A DNA stretch of 64,000 nucleotides from Octopus bimaculoides (lineage: Eukaryota), in assembly GCF_001194135.2 (NCBI RefSeq), contig NC_068982.1:49585990-49649989 (forward strand), read 5' to 3'. The notes beneath the pieces were generated by a model. That model ran no database searches. It had not been told where the DNA came from and was given only the letters and a program-made list of their open reading frames with translations. Position numbers and translations under genes: made by a program. This document shows positions 1 to 12,606 of this stretch, piece after piece. Within the stretch, counting starts at the first letter, position 1. Every line of letters starts with the position of its first letter.

Positions 1-394
1 AGACATAATCTAGTATAAGATATTTAAACTATTCATAATACAATCAACAGATAAACTATGAAAGGAAAATGAAGACATAAACTGTTATAGATACAGCATG
101 TATACTGTTTATATTTGTCATAAGACAACTGACTGACAAATACTTTAAATTTAAATGTTATATGTATGTATATAGTTTATAATATCATCCAACCTATGGC
201 AGCATGGAAAACAGATATCAAATAATGATAATGAAGATGGTGATATTTTATTTTGGTCAAGCCAATCTGTTGCTCCCTGTGCTTCCACTGGTGAAACTTA
301 GAGCAGCAAGAAATTATATATACATTTATTTATCTCAATTATGTTATTGAGTACACTTTCTTCTGACAGCCAACACAAAATGTGTATACATATG

Positions 395-437
<43 letters not shown>

Positions 438-440
438 ATA

Positions 441-1264
441 CAGGGTGCAATGGATATATTGTTGCCATTTTATATCTTTCATTTCGCACATGCACATTGT
501 TTGCTTTTGATTTTGTCAACTACACAGTATAGTGGGGTCAGTGGGGCACTATCTGTGAGATAAACAGCACCATGATGCAATTCACTCTGCCAGAAATTTG
601 AAAACAATATGCTGTACTGCTTGGCATTCATGCCGGATGCTCCAATACGAACAGAAAGTGAACATACAGAACAACCATTCACTTGCCATGTCTTCAAAAC
701 ATGCACGAGAGTGATAAAAATCAAACATCCAGAGAACATCACTAGTGATGGCGATGTTATGCCTCCATACATTTTCTCACACAGCCTCAGACTCAACACG
801 GAGGTCTACATCAAGTGCTTGGAGGAGATAGTGCTGCGCTGAGTCAAGAGGATGGCTGCTGGAAGACCCTATATCTGGAAACAGGACTCTGCACCATGCC
901 ACACAAGGAGGAGGACCCAATCATGGCTGCTAGACAATTTCTGCGACCACATCACACCTAACTCTCCACACTGGAATCCCCTTGATTATGTGTGGGGCAC
1001 AGTTGAGCAAGAGACAAAAAAAAACTCCTTGTAACACCAAAGATGAACTGAAGGCAAGGATTATGGCAGCACTCCCCAGCTTAAACAAGTAGACCATCCA
1101 AAAGAGTTGCAGGAGATTCCGAAATCATCTGGGAGCCATGGTTGAAGCCAATGGCAATTTCAAGATATTTTTATGTAATTTTGGTAAATATATCTGTTAA
1201 AATGAGATGTCAGTGATTTTTTATTTTCGAATAATTTAGATGACAATATATTCACCACACCCTG
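441..1264 (+). mobile_element. Internally deleted maT/DD37D-like Tc1/mariner transposon
   Basis: TA-flanked TIRs cagggtgcaatggatatattgt versus the reverse complement cagggtgtggtgaatatattgt (18/22). Broken ORF ...KHP...SDGDVMPPYIF...RPYIWKQDSAPCHT...SPHWNPLDYVWG, typical of the maT catalytic domain, with stop and frameshift. Confidence 0.8.
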
Positions 1265-1914
1265 TATATATCTTTTAGAACCCATAGTTTAGTGAGGCAA
1301 GCATTATACTTCATTTATTATTTCAAGTCTAAATAAATGCACTTTTCTGAAGTACAAAGCAAGGAAGTAGTAAAGCATGTTAAGACTTGTAAAAGCTTAA
1401 CCAATAGAGTTATACCATGGCAGAATAATACTGCAGATAGCTTATGTTTTTGATTTCCTTTTATAGTGAAGATTATTTACTTATTGATAAAATGATAAAA
1501 ATAATAGAAAGCAACTCCCAAAGTAGAAGAGGTCACAAGTTTATAACAAAGAATACAGTTTTCAAAGATATTCTCTCCTAAGATAGCACTATTTGTGATC
1601 TTTACACCATTTTAAGAATCAAATACTAAAAAATAAAATTACTGTTTCAATGGAAATTATGCATTTCATGGTTCTTTATCAACTTTTAATTCTCTTATAA
1701 TTTCAAAATAGCCATGGAATTACCATGGGTCATACTGCTATTTATTATCATGTTTTTATCAAATGTGCATAACTTCCATGAATGCTTAAACACTACACTG
1801 GTATTTAGTGGTAATCCTCCACTAAAAGTCACCATAAAGATATATATGTGTGTGTGTGTATATATATATATATAGGTATAAAATTTTCTAAATCTGATAG
1901 ACTTTCAGCTCCCA

Positions 1915-2180
1915 TACTACCCAAGAAGACCTGTACTCCACAGCAGAAGTGTTAAGACTGCTACCTCTGGTGAAGAGGATTTGACTGCAAGAGTCCTGTG
2001 CCAGTGCCTTGTAAAAGCATCCAACACACACTGCAAAATGGTTGGCATTAGGAAGGGCATCCAGCCATAGAAGCCATGCCAAATCAGACTGGAACCTGGT
2101 GCAGCTCTCCAGGTTGCTAGCTCTGGTCCAAACCATCCAACCTATGCCAGCATGGACAATGGACGTTAAATGACGATCAC
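1915..2180 (+). mobile_element. RTE-type 3' UTR/tail repeat. Further copies at about 14270-14485(+), 30770-30990(+), 33630-33842(+), 36665-36882(+), 39640-39790(-), 62935-63110(-), 8680-8900(-)
   Basis: Shared motifs gtaaagtggttggcattaggaagggcatccagcc and ccaacccatgccagcatgga...(gat)n. Confidence 0.7.
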
Positions 2181-2955
2181 ACACACACACACACACACAT
2201 ATATCTACAACATACAACAGCTTTCTGCACAGTTTCCATCAACCAAATTCACACACAAAGCATTGATTAGCCTGAGAGTCTAGAGTAAAAGACACTCACC
2301 CAATGTGTCACACAGTGAGGCTGAACCTGAAACCACATGGTCACAAGATGTGTTTCTTAACCACACAGTCAAGAAATGACAAATTACTTACAACTTTCTA
2401 AGACATATACCTTCAAGTGAGCAATACCAGTTCAAAAATTGTAGAAAGTGCCAAAAAGCAGAAAAGCAGTTGCCATAGTTGTACACATGAATGGTGGAAG
2501 TCAATTGGTTTCAAATAATTTGATTATTCCTACTAAAGTGGGGAAAAAAAAATGTCGGAAATTGGCAACAGTTTAAAATTTAGTCCCAGATAAAACTGAA
2601 CTTGACCAATAGAACTTCTACATTTTAGATAAATATCCTAAGAATTTTAGCTCTGAAAAGTCATTGTTGTAAGCTGCTAGAATATAACTAACTAAATATT
2701 CCTTTCTATTCTAGACACAAGGTTTGACAATTTTGGGGATAAGATTGACCCCAGAGCTCAAATGGTATTTATAATAAAAAGTATAAAATAAAGTATGAAA
2801 TAAATTATATAAAGTAAAAAACTAAATTGTACTTAACAGATTCAAATTAATACACCTCTAAAGCAGAGTCTGATATCCATTAATCCCCTTAGAATTCTTA
2901 AAATATATCATATTGCACTATGTATATGGTATATAATGCTTACAGAATGAATAGT

Positions 2956-3168
2956 GATTTCAAATTTTGGCCCAAGGCCAGAAATTTTGGGGAGAGGGTA
3001 AGTCGAATACATCAATCACAGTACATAACTGGTATTTATTTTATTGAAGTCAAAAGGATGTAAGGCGAAATCAACCTCGGCAGAATTTGAACTCAGAACG
3101 TAAAGACGGACAAAATGCCACCAAGCATTTTACCCAGCATACTAACAACGCTGCCAGTTCACTGCCTT
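2956..3168 (-). mobile_element. SINE family B, minus. Other copies: 6800-6995(-), 10666-10880(-), 43020-43290(-, two), 46567-46780(-), 48175-48553(-, two), 41700-41790 and 42181-42225(+), 63600-63700(+)
   Basis: Reverse complement of the family B consensus: ctggtacttattttatc.accccaaaaggatgaaaggcaaagt.gac...gaatttgaactcagaa. Confidence 0.8.
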
Positions 3169-5509
3169 ATACAAGATGAATATTAAGCAAAGAAAAGTGA
3201 AGAACATGATTTAACAGATACAGGTACAAATCAATACAATTCTAAAGCAGAGTATTTCAATCCTTACGAATCCACTGACAGTAAAGAACATAACCATTTT
3301 TAACACCCCTTATGCAAAATTAACCAACTTCAAAAACAGGATCCATTTATTCAATACAGGGTACAGTATATTGCACAGTATTCCCAGATTTCTGGAAGTT
3401 GAACAAGAGGTCAGGCACTATAATACAAAGCTAGTATGTTACAAAATTGTAAAGTAACATCTTCAACAAACCAGACTTAGACAGGATCCTATGTCCCTTG
3501 CTCTTCTATGATTACTCCTGTTCAGAGCATCTGTCTTTAACCAGATGCTACAACTCAAATATTTTCATGAACAGGAGGACAAGAATAACATTTTATCTTT
3601 TGGTAAAAATATATTGTCTTTTTTGTATATATTTTATATATTTCCCTCATGAGTTTTTTTGTTTTACCTTTAAGAATATCAAAATAAAATTATATAAAAA
3701 TTTCTCAAAAAAAAAATACTATACGTTTACTCTAAGAGATAAGACATTTTGTAAAAATGTTTGTTTCATTGAGTATAACTATAATTGGTACAGACAAATT
3801 ATTTTTCTCGCACTTGCACCATATCCACAGATATTGCGTTAATAAGGTGAGTAGTCTCCATCATTTAATATTTCACTATCTTTCCTGTGTTGTTCTTTCA
3901 AATTACTTTTGAAGTTATTTTAACACATTTTGGAAATATTTCTATATCTAGAAGTTGTGAAATAAAATCAGTCATTCTGTGAATATATATAAATAAATCA
4001 ATCTTCAGTGAGGAAATCAAGCCATCATTCTTTTTGCAACATTTTGAAAACTGTTTGGAGCAATGGAGTATAACACTGCAGAATTACTCCTTATCATACT
4101 TAGCATGTACAGCAAATGCAGGTGGTTTCATCAAGTGCAGCTAGATTCTAAACTAGCTTCTACGAGTGTAGCTGACTTCAAAATGAATAGATGACTTTGG
4201 AAATCATTATCATCATCATATATATATATATATATATATTTATGTGTGTGTCTGTGTTTGGCCCCGCTGCCATCACTTGACAACCAATGCTGGTGTGTTT
4301 ATGTCCTCATAAGTTAGTGATTTGGCAAAAGAGACCGATAGAATAAGTGCTAGGCTTACAAACAATAAGTCTTGGGGGGGGGGGCAATTTCTTTGACTAA
4401 AACCCTCTAAGGCAGTGCTTCAGCATGGCTGCAGTCAAATGACTGAAACAAGTAATAGAATAAAAGAAATAAATGTGGGAAAGTCGACATTGAACCAATG
4501 ACGATATATCTAGAAGTCAAGCATAACGAGGTGACCACAGGAGTTGAGTATGGTTTTTTACAGTAAAAGGGAGTAGTAGATAGATGAATGAAGTTCTGAG
4601 CAAAGCACTTATGAGTGTATGTACATAAAAGAGGGGTTAGAACTGAAAAACATAAGACTGAGTGTAAATAAAATTAATAGTTTATCTTGATTAAGAATAA
4701 GGCCACTTTTTTAGTAACAGTGGTTACAGTTAATTGGCTAGAGTCCAGCATGGTTTCTGGTTGCTATTTTATCAGCCAATGGGGATGAAGCAAAATGTTG
4801 ACAACAGCAGTAAATGAAGCACCAAACTTTTTTTAGTTATGGTAAAGTACTTAAGTCCAGCTGCTACTGCAATTTTGCCTTCTTGCACAAAGATAATTCC
4901 ATGACTTGACATCTAGAGATTAGAGCTGCCAAACAGTTGTATACGTGTAGATGTAGAACAAAAAAAAAAAGATGGTTAAAGCGGATAAAAACAGGAAAAG
5001 AAAAAAAGAGAGAGAGAAAGAAAACTAAGAAAAGGAAAACAAAAGCGAAAAAAAAAATGAAAGAAACAATACTAGAAATAAAACAAAGGCAAAAATGGGA
5101 GGAAACAGATATAATTATTTCTTTTCTATTCTGGTTCTTCTGATATATTTCAAAAGAAAGAAACCTTGCATATTTTTTGACATTTCTCAAATGAACCGTT
5201 CTCTTTCTCCCTCTCTTTCTCTCTCTCTCTCTCACACACACACACATACACTACAGCATTTTGCATTTTTGTTTTACATTTTTCATAAGCCTGCAAAAGC
5301 GCAATAGTGGTTAGCTTTCACATCCCTTCTCATGACAGTAAATGTAATTTTCTTCCTTTACTCTTTAAAAGCATTCTCATCGAAATAAATAACTCCTGAA
5401 ATAAAAGCTTGCCTTAAGCCATGACAATAAATTAATCAGCAAGAGAGTTGTCACTTCAGCTCATTGGTATATTTCCACAGCGCACTTACTAACAGCAAAG
5501 CTAAGTTAC

Positions 5510-5670
5510 CTGATAACAGTGTGTCGCTCTTTCTTCAACACTTCTTTATTCTCAGTGAACAGGAGTGTGTGATATGGGTGTGGCATATCACAAGTTGGGA
5601 GGATTCCGCGAGAGGCATTGTTAACTGCTGGAAGGCTACCATTGCAAACTAGCAGATCGTCTACAAGTAA
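5510..5670 (-). CDS. KATNIP: KATNIP coding exon, 161 nt, phase 0/2 (probably penultimate)
   Basis: ttttctgtttaatttcag| exon |gtaact. Translates LLVDDLLVCNGSLPAVNNASRGILPTCDMPHPYHTLLFTENKEVLKKERHTVI(S/R), matching recalled human LLVDDLLVYNGIL...[34 protein letters not shown]. Confidence 0.94.
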
Positions 5671-6456
5671 CTGAAATTAAACAGAAAATTACAAGTGACT
5701 ATATAATTTAAGCGTCATTGCTTGCTATATAATTACAAACCTCATTTGTACTTGTAATTTAAAGGTCTTGATTTTTCTCACACATTGTAAATGAATGAGA
5801 AGGATGCAGGGAAATTACTAGGTTTACTGTGTTGGAAATATAATACATAATAATACATAGGCCACAATTTCAAATTGAACCATAGGCAGTATTTTCTGAT
5901 TCAGAGTTACGGCTTTTTACTCACCTCACATCATTATTTTGGAGTGAAGAGATATACTTACCAATCACACCATATAATTTAGACTGAAATTATAGCACAC
6001 TCACATAATACTATAATAATGATTAAACAGATCCTGCAGAATTTGAAATTTAAGGCAAAAAGAAAAAAAGTAAGGGAGAAAAAGTTAATTTACTTTTTAT
6101 GAAATCTCGAAGAATAATTTTATGGCTTGTGTCACAAATTAGATTTCTAAATAACAGCCTGAATGTTAAATAAGATGCAGCCATACTTTGCTTGGAGAAC
6201 TGGATCTATGAGCAACCCTATATGACTATGTTCATACTACAATGTTATGTCATTATATCTGACCAGTTCAATCCAGTCATGATATCTCTTAATAACACAG
6301 AGATATATGGTTTCTTGAAATAGATAAAAATTAATATTATTACATGATTAGGTCAGGAAGAAGGGTTCTAAATTACAACTAATTAAATCTTGTAGTTTTA
6401 TATGTGTGTGTATATATAAAGGCATATATTTATGTATACTTTTTATATTTGTATAC

Positions 6457-6507
<51 letters not shown>

Positions 6508-6731
6508 AATTTATGTAAGGGCATATATATATTTATGGAAAAAATGATGGGTTTTTTTTTCCTTATGAGGTTTTTTCATGCTGACTACTTGATAAATTCT
6601 TANNNNNNNNNNNNNNNNNNNNNNNNNNNNNNNNNNNNNNNNNNNNNNNNNNNNNNNNNNNNNNNNNNNNNNNNNNNNNNNNNNNNNNNNNNNNNNNNNN
6701 NNNNNNNNNNNNNNNNNNNNNNNNNNNNTAT

Positions 6732-6764
<33 letters not shown>

Positions 6765-7120
6765 ATCACACACATACATATATACATGGACATATAATGT
6801 TTCTAATATAGGCACAAGGCTTGAAATGTAGTGGGAAGTGGGTTAGTTGATTATATCAAACCTCAGTATTTAACTGGTACTTATTTTATCAACCTGAAAA
6901 AGACGAAAGGCAAAGTTGATCTTGATGGTACTTCAACTCAGAAGGTAAAGAAATGTCACTAAGCAATTTGTTTGATGTGAAGATGGTTCTGCCAGCTACC
7001 TACACGGGCACACATGCACACACATACACACACACAAATATATATATTTACATATACTTCTATGTCTATAGACATAGCTATATCTATTTATACACAGCAC
7101 ACACACACATATGGAGAAAA

Positions 7121-7760
7121 AAGGGGATCTGAAAAGTTCTTAGCTTGACTATGAAGGAGCGATGCTAGAGCTGTGAAATCTAGCAAGCCTTAATTTCAAC
7201 TCTTTTTCCTAATAACTGCATTGTTTCTTTCCAGGGCCCGAGTTAAGGCATCTATTTGACATCTAACTCTTCAAAGAAGGCTTTGAAAGTAACTGGTAGT
7301 GAGTTTTTTAGAAAATGGATAAAACTTGGCATCATGGTGTTATCAAGTACCAACAGGAAAAGGGTTTAGCCCCTAACAACATTTATACTGACATGGTTGC
7401 TTTATTAGGGGATGGCGCTCCAGTTTTATCAACAGTGCAAAAGTGGACAGTTGAATTTAGGAAGGGAAGGGAGGGCCATGAAGACGACCTGAGAGGCCTA
7501 GACAGCCTGCGCCTGCCACCATGAAGGAAAACACTGATCATGTTCACCAGATGGAGATGAATGACAGGCTATTGACTATAAATCAAAAAGCCAACACTAT
7601 TAGCATATCCTGTGAGAGAGTTGAGAATATTCTGCACAATGAACTTGGCATGACAAAGGTTTCTGCTCCGTGGGTGCCATGTCTTATGACACCTGATCAA
7701 AAGCACAGCAGACAGGTAACATTATGAGAAAATCTGACATTGTTTGAAGCAGATCCAGCT
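7121..7760 (+). mobile_element. Mariner (DD34D-type) 5' half, frameshifted transposase
   Basis: MDKTWHHGVIKYQQEKG...TVQKWTVEFRKGRE...EDD (HTH) followed by ...ELGMTKVSAPWVPCLMTPDQK (WVPHEL-like linker). Truncated at EADP by a (CTT)n tract. Confidence 0.85.
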
Positions 7761-9016
7761 TCTTCTTCTTCTTATTATTATTAATCTTCATCTTTTTCTC
7801 TCTCTCTTGCACAATTGTCAATCAAAGAAATCAATATATAAATTCCTATTTCAATGCTTATGTCATCTTCTTCAGTAAGTCCTGCTCAAGACATCATACT
7901 ACATTTACTGAATGCTTCGTGGTTATTTTTAAAATGACAATATGCCAGAGAGATTAAATATCTCATGTAAATGCTTTAAACACATCTTGTAAGAATCCTC
8001 ATCTTCGAGTTCAAATAACACTAGAGGTTACCTTTATTGTATTTCATTCTGTGGTTATGCATTGTTGTAATTTATTCTCAGGTTAGCCCTCATTCAGTAG
8101 CTCTATGGTTGAAGGCACTCCAGCTGTGATTAACCCATCTTTTCTTTCAGGCACAGAGTATCTAAGACTACATCATTTTCAGATGTGTGAAGGATGAACC
8201 TAATAATATTCATTAGTAATATACTTTCACCGTTTAGAGGGGTCATGTATTACTCTGTGTAGAAGTACAGATTGGGTAACTTGGTAGAGTCTTAGATAGA
8301 TTGACCTTGAAGTTCTCTGTGTTCTGAGTGTAAATAAATACTGGTGAGGTCAACTTTGCCTATCAGGGTTGTAAAATAAAGTACCAGTTCTGTACAGATA
8401 ATAATTTTCTCTCTCCCTTCACTTTCTTGCTGTCTATTCACTTCTGTCTGTCAGTCTCTCTCATTCTCGGTCTTTCTCTGGAAAAAATCTACTTTGATCA
8501 AAGCTGGAGAGAGAAAGACTGAGATAGGTTGCATGTTATGACAGTATCCTTATGACTCTGACAAGAGAAAGGGCCCGAGTTAAGGCATTATTTTGTATGC
8601 CAGCCCCTTCTGCTGTTTTAGCCATCTTTGTTCTACTTTTTTAATTTTCCTACAACAGTGAAACAGTCAAAAGACACATATACACATGTCATTGTTTTAA
8701 TGTCCACTTTTCCATGCTTGCATGGGTTGGATGGAATTTACTGAGGCAGATTTTTTACAACCAGAAGCAACTTCATGCCACCAACCCTCACCTGTTTCCA
8801 AGTAAGGTAATATTTCTCCCATCGCCAGACATGTTCTCAAGGAAGATTGGAAATGGATAACACTGCTTGTATGACAGTCCACATGATTTCAAGACAAAAA
8901 TTGCACTCATATCTGTCCCTGTCCAACTCAAGCCAGCATGGAAACATGATGTTAGATGAGCATGATGATAAAGATACACACACACACACATATATATGTA
9001 TATATCCAAATTGAAG

Positions 9017-9272
9017 GAATGGAACAGGTAAAATCCAGGCTACCTACGTTTCCTCGCTAGCAGAACCCTAAAAGTAATAATTTCTAAATGAGGAGTTAAA
9101 TCACATTTGTGAGTTAACTCAGAATCCTTTGACAACAATGTAACCTTCATTTAACTAAGGTATATTCGGCCTGATGAGTAGCTATTAGAGTACTCCTTGT
9201 TGAGTAATTCACTGCTTCGAAGGTTCTGCTAGACAGAAAACATAGGTAGCCTGAATTTTACCTGCTCCATTC
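9017..9272. repeat. Inverted repeat with about 80-bp arms and 95-bp spacer (MITE-like foldback)
   Basis: aatggaacaggtaaaatccaggctacctacgtttcc...gaggagt (9017-9096) is the reverse complement of actcct...gaaaacataggtagcctgaattttacctgctccattc (9192-9272). Confidence 0.8.
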
Positions 9273-10037
9273 ATTGGATTTTTATTTGCATACATGGTAA
9301 TCTTAGATGCTAACCATGAACTGTTTAAAAAAAACCCTTTTTTCAGCTTATTGATTTTCAATATGGGGAAAACCTACAACTTTCTTCTATGGCTATAAAT
9401 TACTATTGTTCTTGAAAGTTGTATTTTATACAACTAACAGACTGCTTGAAGATTACTAGCGTCCTACACCTAGATCCTTGGATCTTACAATTATATATCA
9501 TTATATATTTGAAGCTTCTTTCAGTTTCTGTCTAAAAGTCCACTTACATAGCTTTTGGTCAGCTTGGAGCTATAGTAGAAGATACTTTCCCAAGGTACCA
9601 CATAATGGAACTGAACCTGAAATCATGTGGTTGGGAAGCAAACATCTTAGCCACAGAGCTATACCTGCACCTACCTACACACACAGAGGCAAACAAGGTA
9701 AAACAAAAATAAGCAAGATTTATGCCGCCCCTCTATCATTAGCTTCTTCATATCAGCTGCAGTAGCAGCAAGGAAATAAGACTGCTTGTCAATAATGCTC
9801 GTAAGTATTCATATCTTTCTCAAACAATATAGAGTAGCTGTCTTTGTCCAATAGATATATTGCAGCTTGAAATTACAATTGCGAAGATGTCTTATTTAGC
9901 TGCAACGCTTACAAATATTTCTGTTGTTGTTTAACACTAGGGCAATTCCTGATAAAAAGTAGAATCTATGATCAGCAAAGATGTTTCAGCCATGAGGATT
10001 CAGTCATTTTCCTTTCTTAAAATCTGTTCATCTAGAG

Positions 10038-10281
10038 CAGAGGTTCTCAACCATTTTTTTTTGCCTATGGATCCCTTTAATTCCTATTTTACTCTACTGG
10101 ACCCCACCATAGCCATTTGAAATTTATTAAAAAAAGAAGCTTGCTTCCCAACCACATGGTTCCCGGTTCCAGGTTCAATCCCACTGTGTGGCACCTTGGG
10201 CAAGCGTCTTCTATTATAGCTTCAGGTTGACCAAAGCCTTTTGAGTGGATTTGGTAGACAGAAGCTGAAAGAAGTGCATCA

Positions 10282-10340
<59 letters not shown>

Positions 10341-10954
10341 TTGTGTGTGTCTTGGTGTCTGTGTTTGTCACCCCCATCACTGCTTGGTGGCCGGTGTTGG
10401 TGAATTTACATCCCTGTAACATAGCAGATTGGCAAAAGAGACTGATAGTATAAGCACTAGGCTTTAAAAAAATTCTAGAGTCGATTTGTTTGAACAAAAC
10501 CTTTCAAGGCAGTGCTCCAGCACGGCCACAATCAAATGACTGAAACAAGTAAAAGAATAAAAGAATATATTTTAATACTTAAATATTATTAGGAATTTTA
10601 TAAATATTTTTCAAAATATTTTGTGTACTCTAGAAGTATAAATCAATTTATTGCAGATAAATTTTGATTTCAAATTTTGGCAGAGGGCCAGCAATTTCAG
10701 GGCAAGGTGTCAGTCAATTACATTGACCCCAGAGTTCAATTGGTACTTATTTTATCAACCCCAAAAGGATGAAAGGTAAAGCTGACCTTGGTGGAACTTG
10801 AACCCGGAATGTGAGGACAGACAAAATGCCACAAAGCATTTTGTCTAGCAGGATAACGATTCTGCCAGCTCGCCACCTTAATGCAAATAAATTTTGACAA
10901 CAAAATCTTATATGGACCCTTAAGGGCCACTCGGACTCCAGTTGAGTACCACTG
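10038..10954 (+). mobile_element. hAT/Charlie-type MITE interrupted by two SINEs
   Basis: Starts cagaggttctcaacc and ends gttgagtaccactg. 8-bp flanks atctagag (10030-37) and agctagag (10955-62) fit the Charlie NTCTAGAN target. Internal pieces align with 24534-24848. Confidence 0.7.
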
Positions 10955-11879
10955 AGCTAGAGAAACATTACTCAACATGTTCCTCATTTCTTTTTTAGAA
11001 ATGATAGAGTGTGTGAGATTCAAGAAGATTTGGTGGTCATTTCCAGCAGATCAATTGATTACATACAGCTCCCATTTTGGTTTGAAGTAATGATATTTGA
11101 ATGTATCACTGTATCACAATCGACCAGACTACCAGACGTTGCTATACACACTGGTCCCAATGCACTTTCTCACAGTGGTTTTAACTTTCAAATGATGTGA
11201 CACCACTGACATAACAAGCAGGCCACACAGTACCTCTGAACAGAACACCAGTCTGTTACAGAGTTACCCATCTACAGCTGAGTGGACTGGAGCAAAATGA
11301 TAAGAAATGTTTTATTTGAGATTGCAAAGCACTGCCAGTCAGGGAATCCAAACCATGGTCTTGTAATCATGAGTGCAAAACCCTAACTACAAGATCATGT
11401 GCCTACTCAATATATAGATGTAAATCTGAATAAGACTCAAGATAAAAAAGCTACAAACAAAAAGATGGATACAAACAAGAGATGACAACTACTATCAGGT
11501 ATCATTTATTCATGTGTTTATATCAAATTTCAACAAGTTCACTCAGGTTAAATGATTCACAAACATTGATCATTGTCAATAATACTTTACAGAAAAAGAT
11601 AAATTATATTTCTTCCATTCAATAACTGTCAAATCCAGTTCTTCTGACAAGTCCGGAAAATACACTCCACCAACAGGTGTTGACTCAGTATAAGACAATC
11701 TTTTAGTTGTAGTAATAGTAGTAGTAGTGGTAGATGTACTATGGAAATATCAGGGCCAATACTCTGTAACACATTGTTCTTACTAATCACACTGTCTGTT
11801 ACTCTGAAGGCAGAGACTGGATTTATCTAATGTTTATGTTTCCACTACTGGTTCCATATCCATGACTTTTTGTGAATTA

Positions 11880-12040
11880 CCATATTTTAACATGTATAAG
11901 GAACAATTTTTGTCAAAAATTAGGTTAAAAAAATATGGGAGTTTCTAATACATGGATAGTATTATAATCCCTTACAAAACTTTTTTCCAAATTTTAGGCC
12001 CCCCCAAATTAGGAGGTTCCTTATACATGTTAAAACATGG
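11880..12040. mobile_element. 161-bp Tc2/pogo-type MITE
   Basis: TA-flanked 25-bp TIR ccatattttaacatgtataaggaac versus gttccttatacatgttaaaacatgg (1 mismatch). Confidence 0.75.
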
Positions 12041-12167
12041 TACATCTGCCAACATTATGACATAATTCTGAGTCCCAAGAAATGAGTATCGGACACGTAG
12101 TACCTCCCCTTAATTGTTTGTGTCTTCATACTCTGTCTAAGTTTGCTCTGTTAATATATAAATACCA

Positions 12168-12333
12168 AGGCATAGGTGTGGTTGTGTGGTAAAAAGCTTG
12201 CTACTCAACCACATGGTTCTGGCTTCTGTCCCACTGTGTGACACCTTGAGAAAGTGTCTTCTACTATAGCCACAGGCTGACCAAAGCCTTGTGAGTGGAT
12301 TTGCTACACAGAAACCAAAGGAAGCCTTTTGTG

Positions 12334-12376
<43 letters not shown>

Positions 12377-12606
12377 CTATGTGTATGGGTGTGTCTTTGT
12401 GTCTGTGCTTGAGCTTCCACCACCACTTAAGAACTGGTGTTGGTGTGATTACATCTCCATAACCTAGTGGATTGGCAAAAGAGACCGATAGAATAAATAC
12501 CAAGCTTAAAAGAAAAAGTATTGGGGTTGATACATCTGACTAAAACTTAAAGGCGGTGCCCCAGCATGACCGTAGTCTAATGATTGGAACAAGTAAAAGA
12601 TAAAAG
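12168..12606 (+). mobile_element. tRNA-derived SINE family A, full length. Other plus copies: 4245-4467, 10135-10565, 16332-16495, 18327-18690, 23281-23690, 25392-25776, 28276-28385, 32585-32905, 39490-39640, 56855-56965
   Basis: Head ggc..ag..gtggctgtgtggtaag.agcttgct.ccaaccacatggttc.gggttcagtcccac (A/B-box-like), central (TA/TG)n, tail cagcatggcc.cagtc.aatgactgaaacaagtaaaaga. Confidence 0.85.

Noticed and set aside
4864-4930. Minus-strand acceptor after a long pyrimidine tract giving (R)CQVMELSLCKKAKLQ* as KATNIP last exon
   Set aside because: No similarity to the recalled C-terminal motif; the pyrimidine tract is low-complexity sequence.
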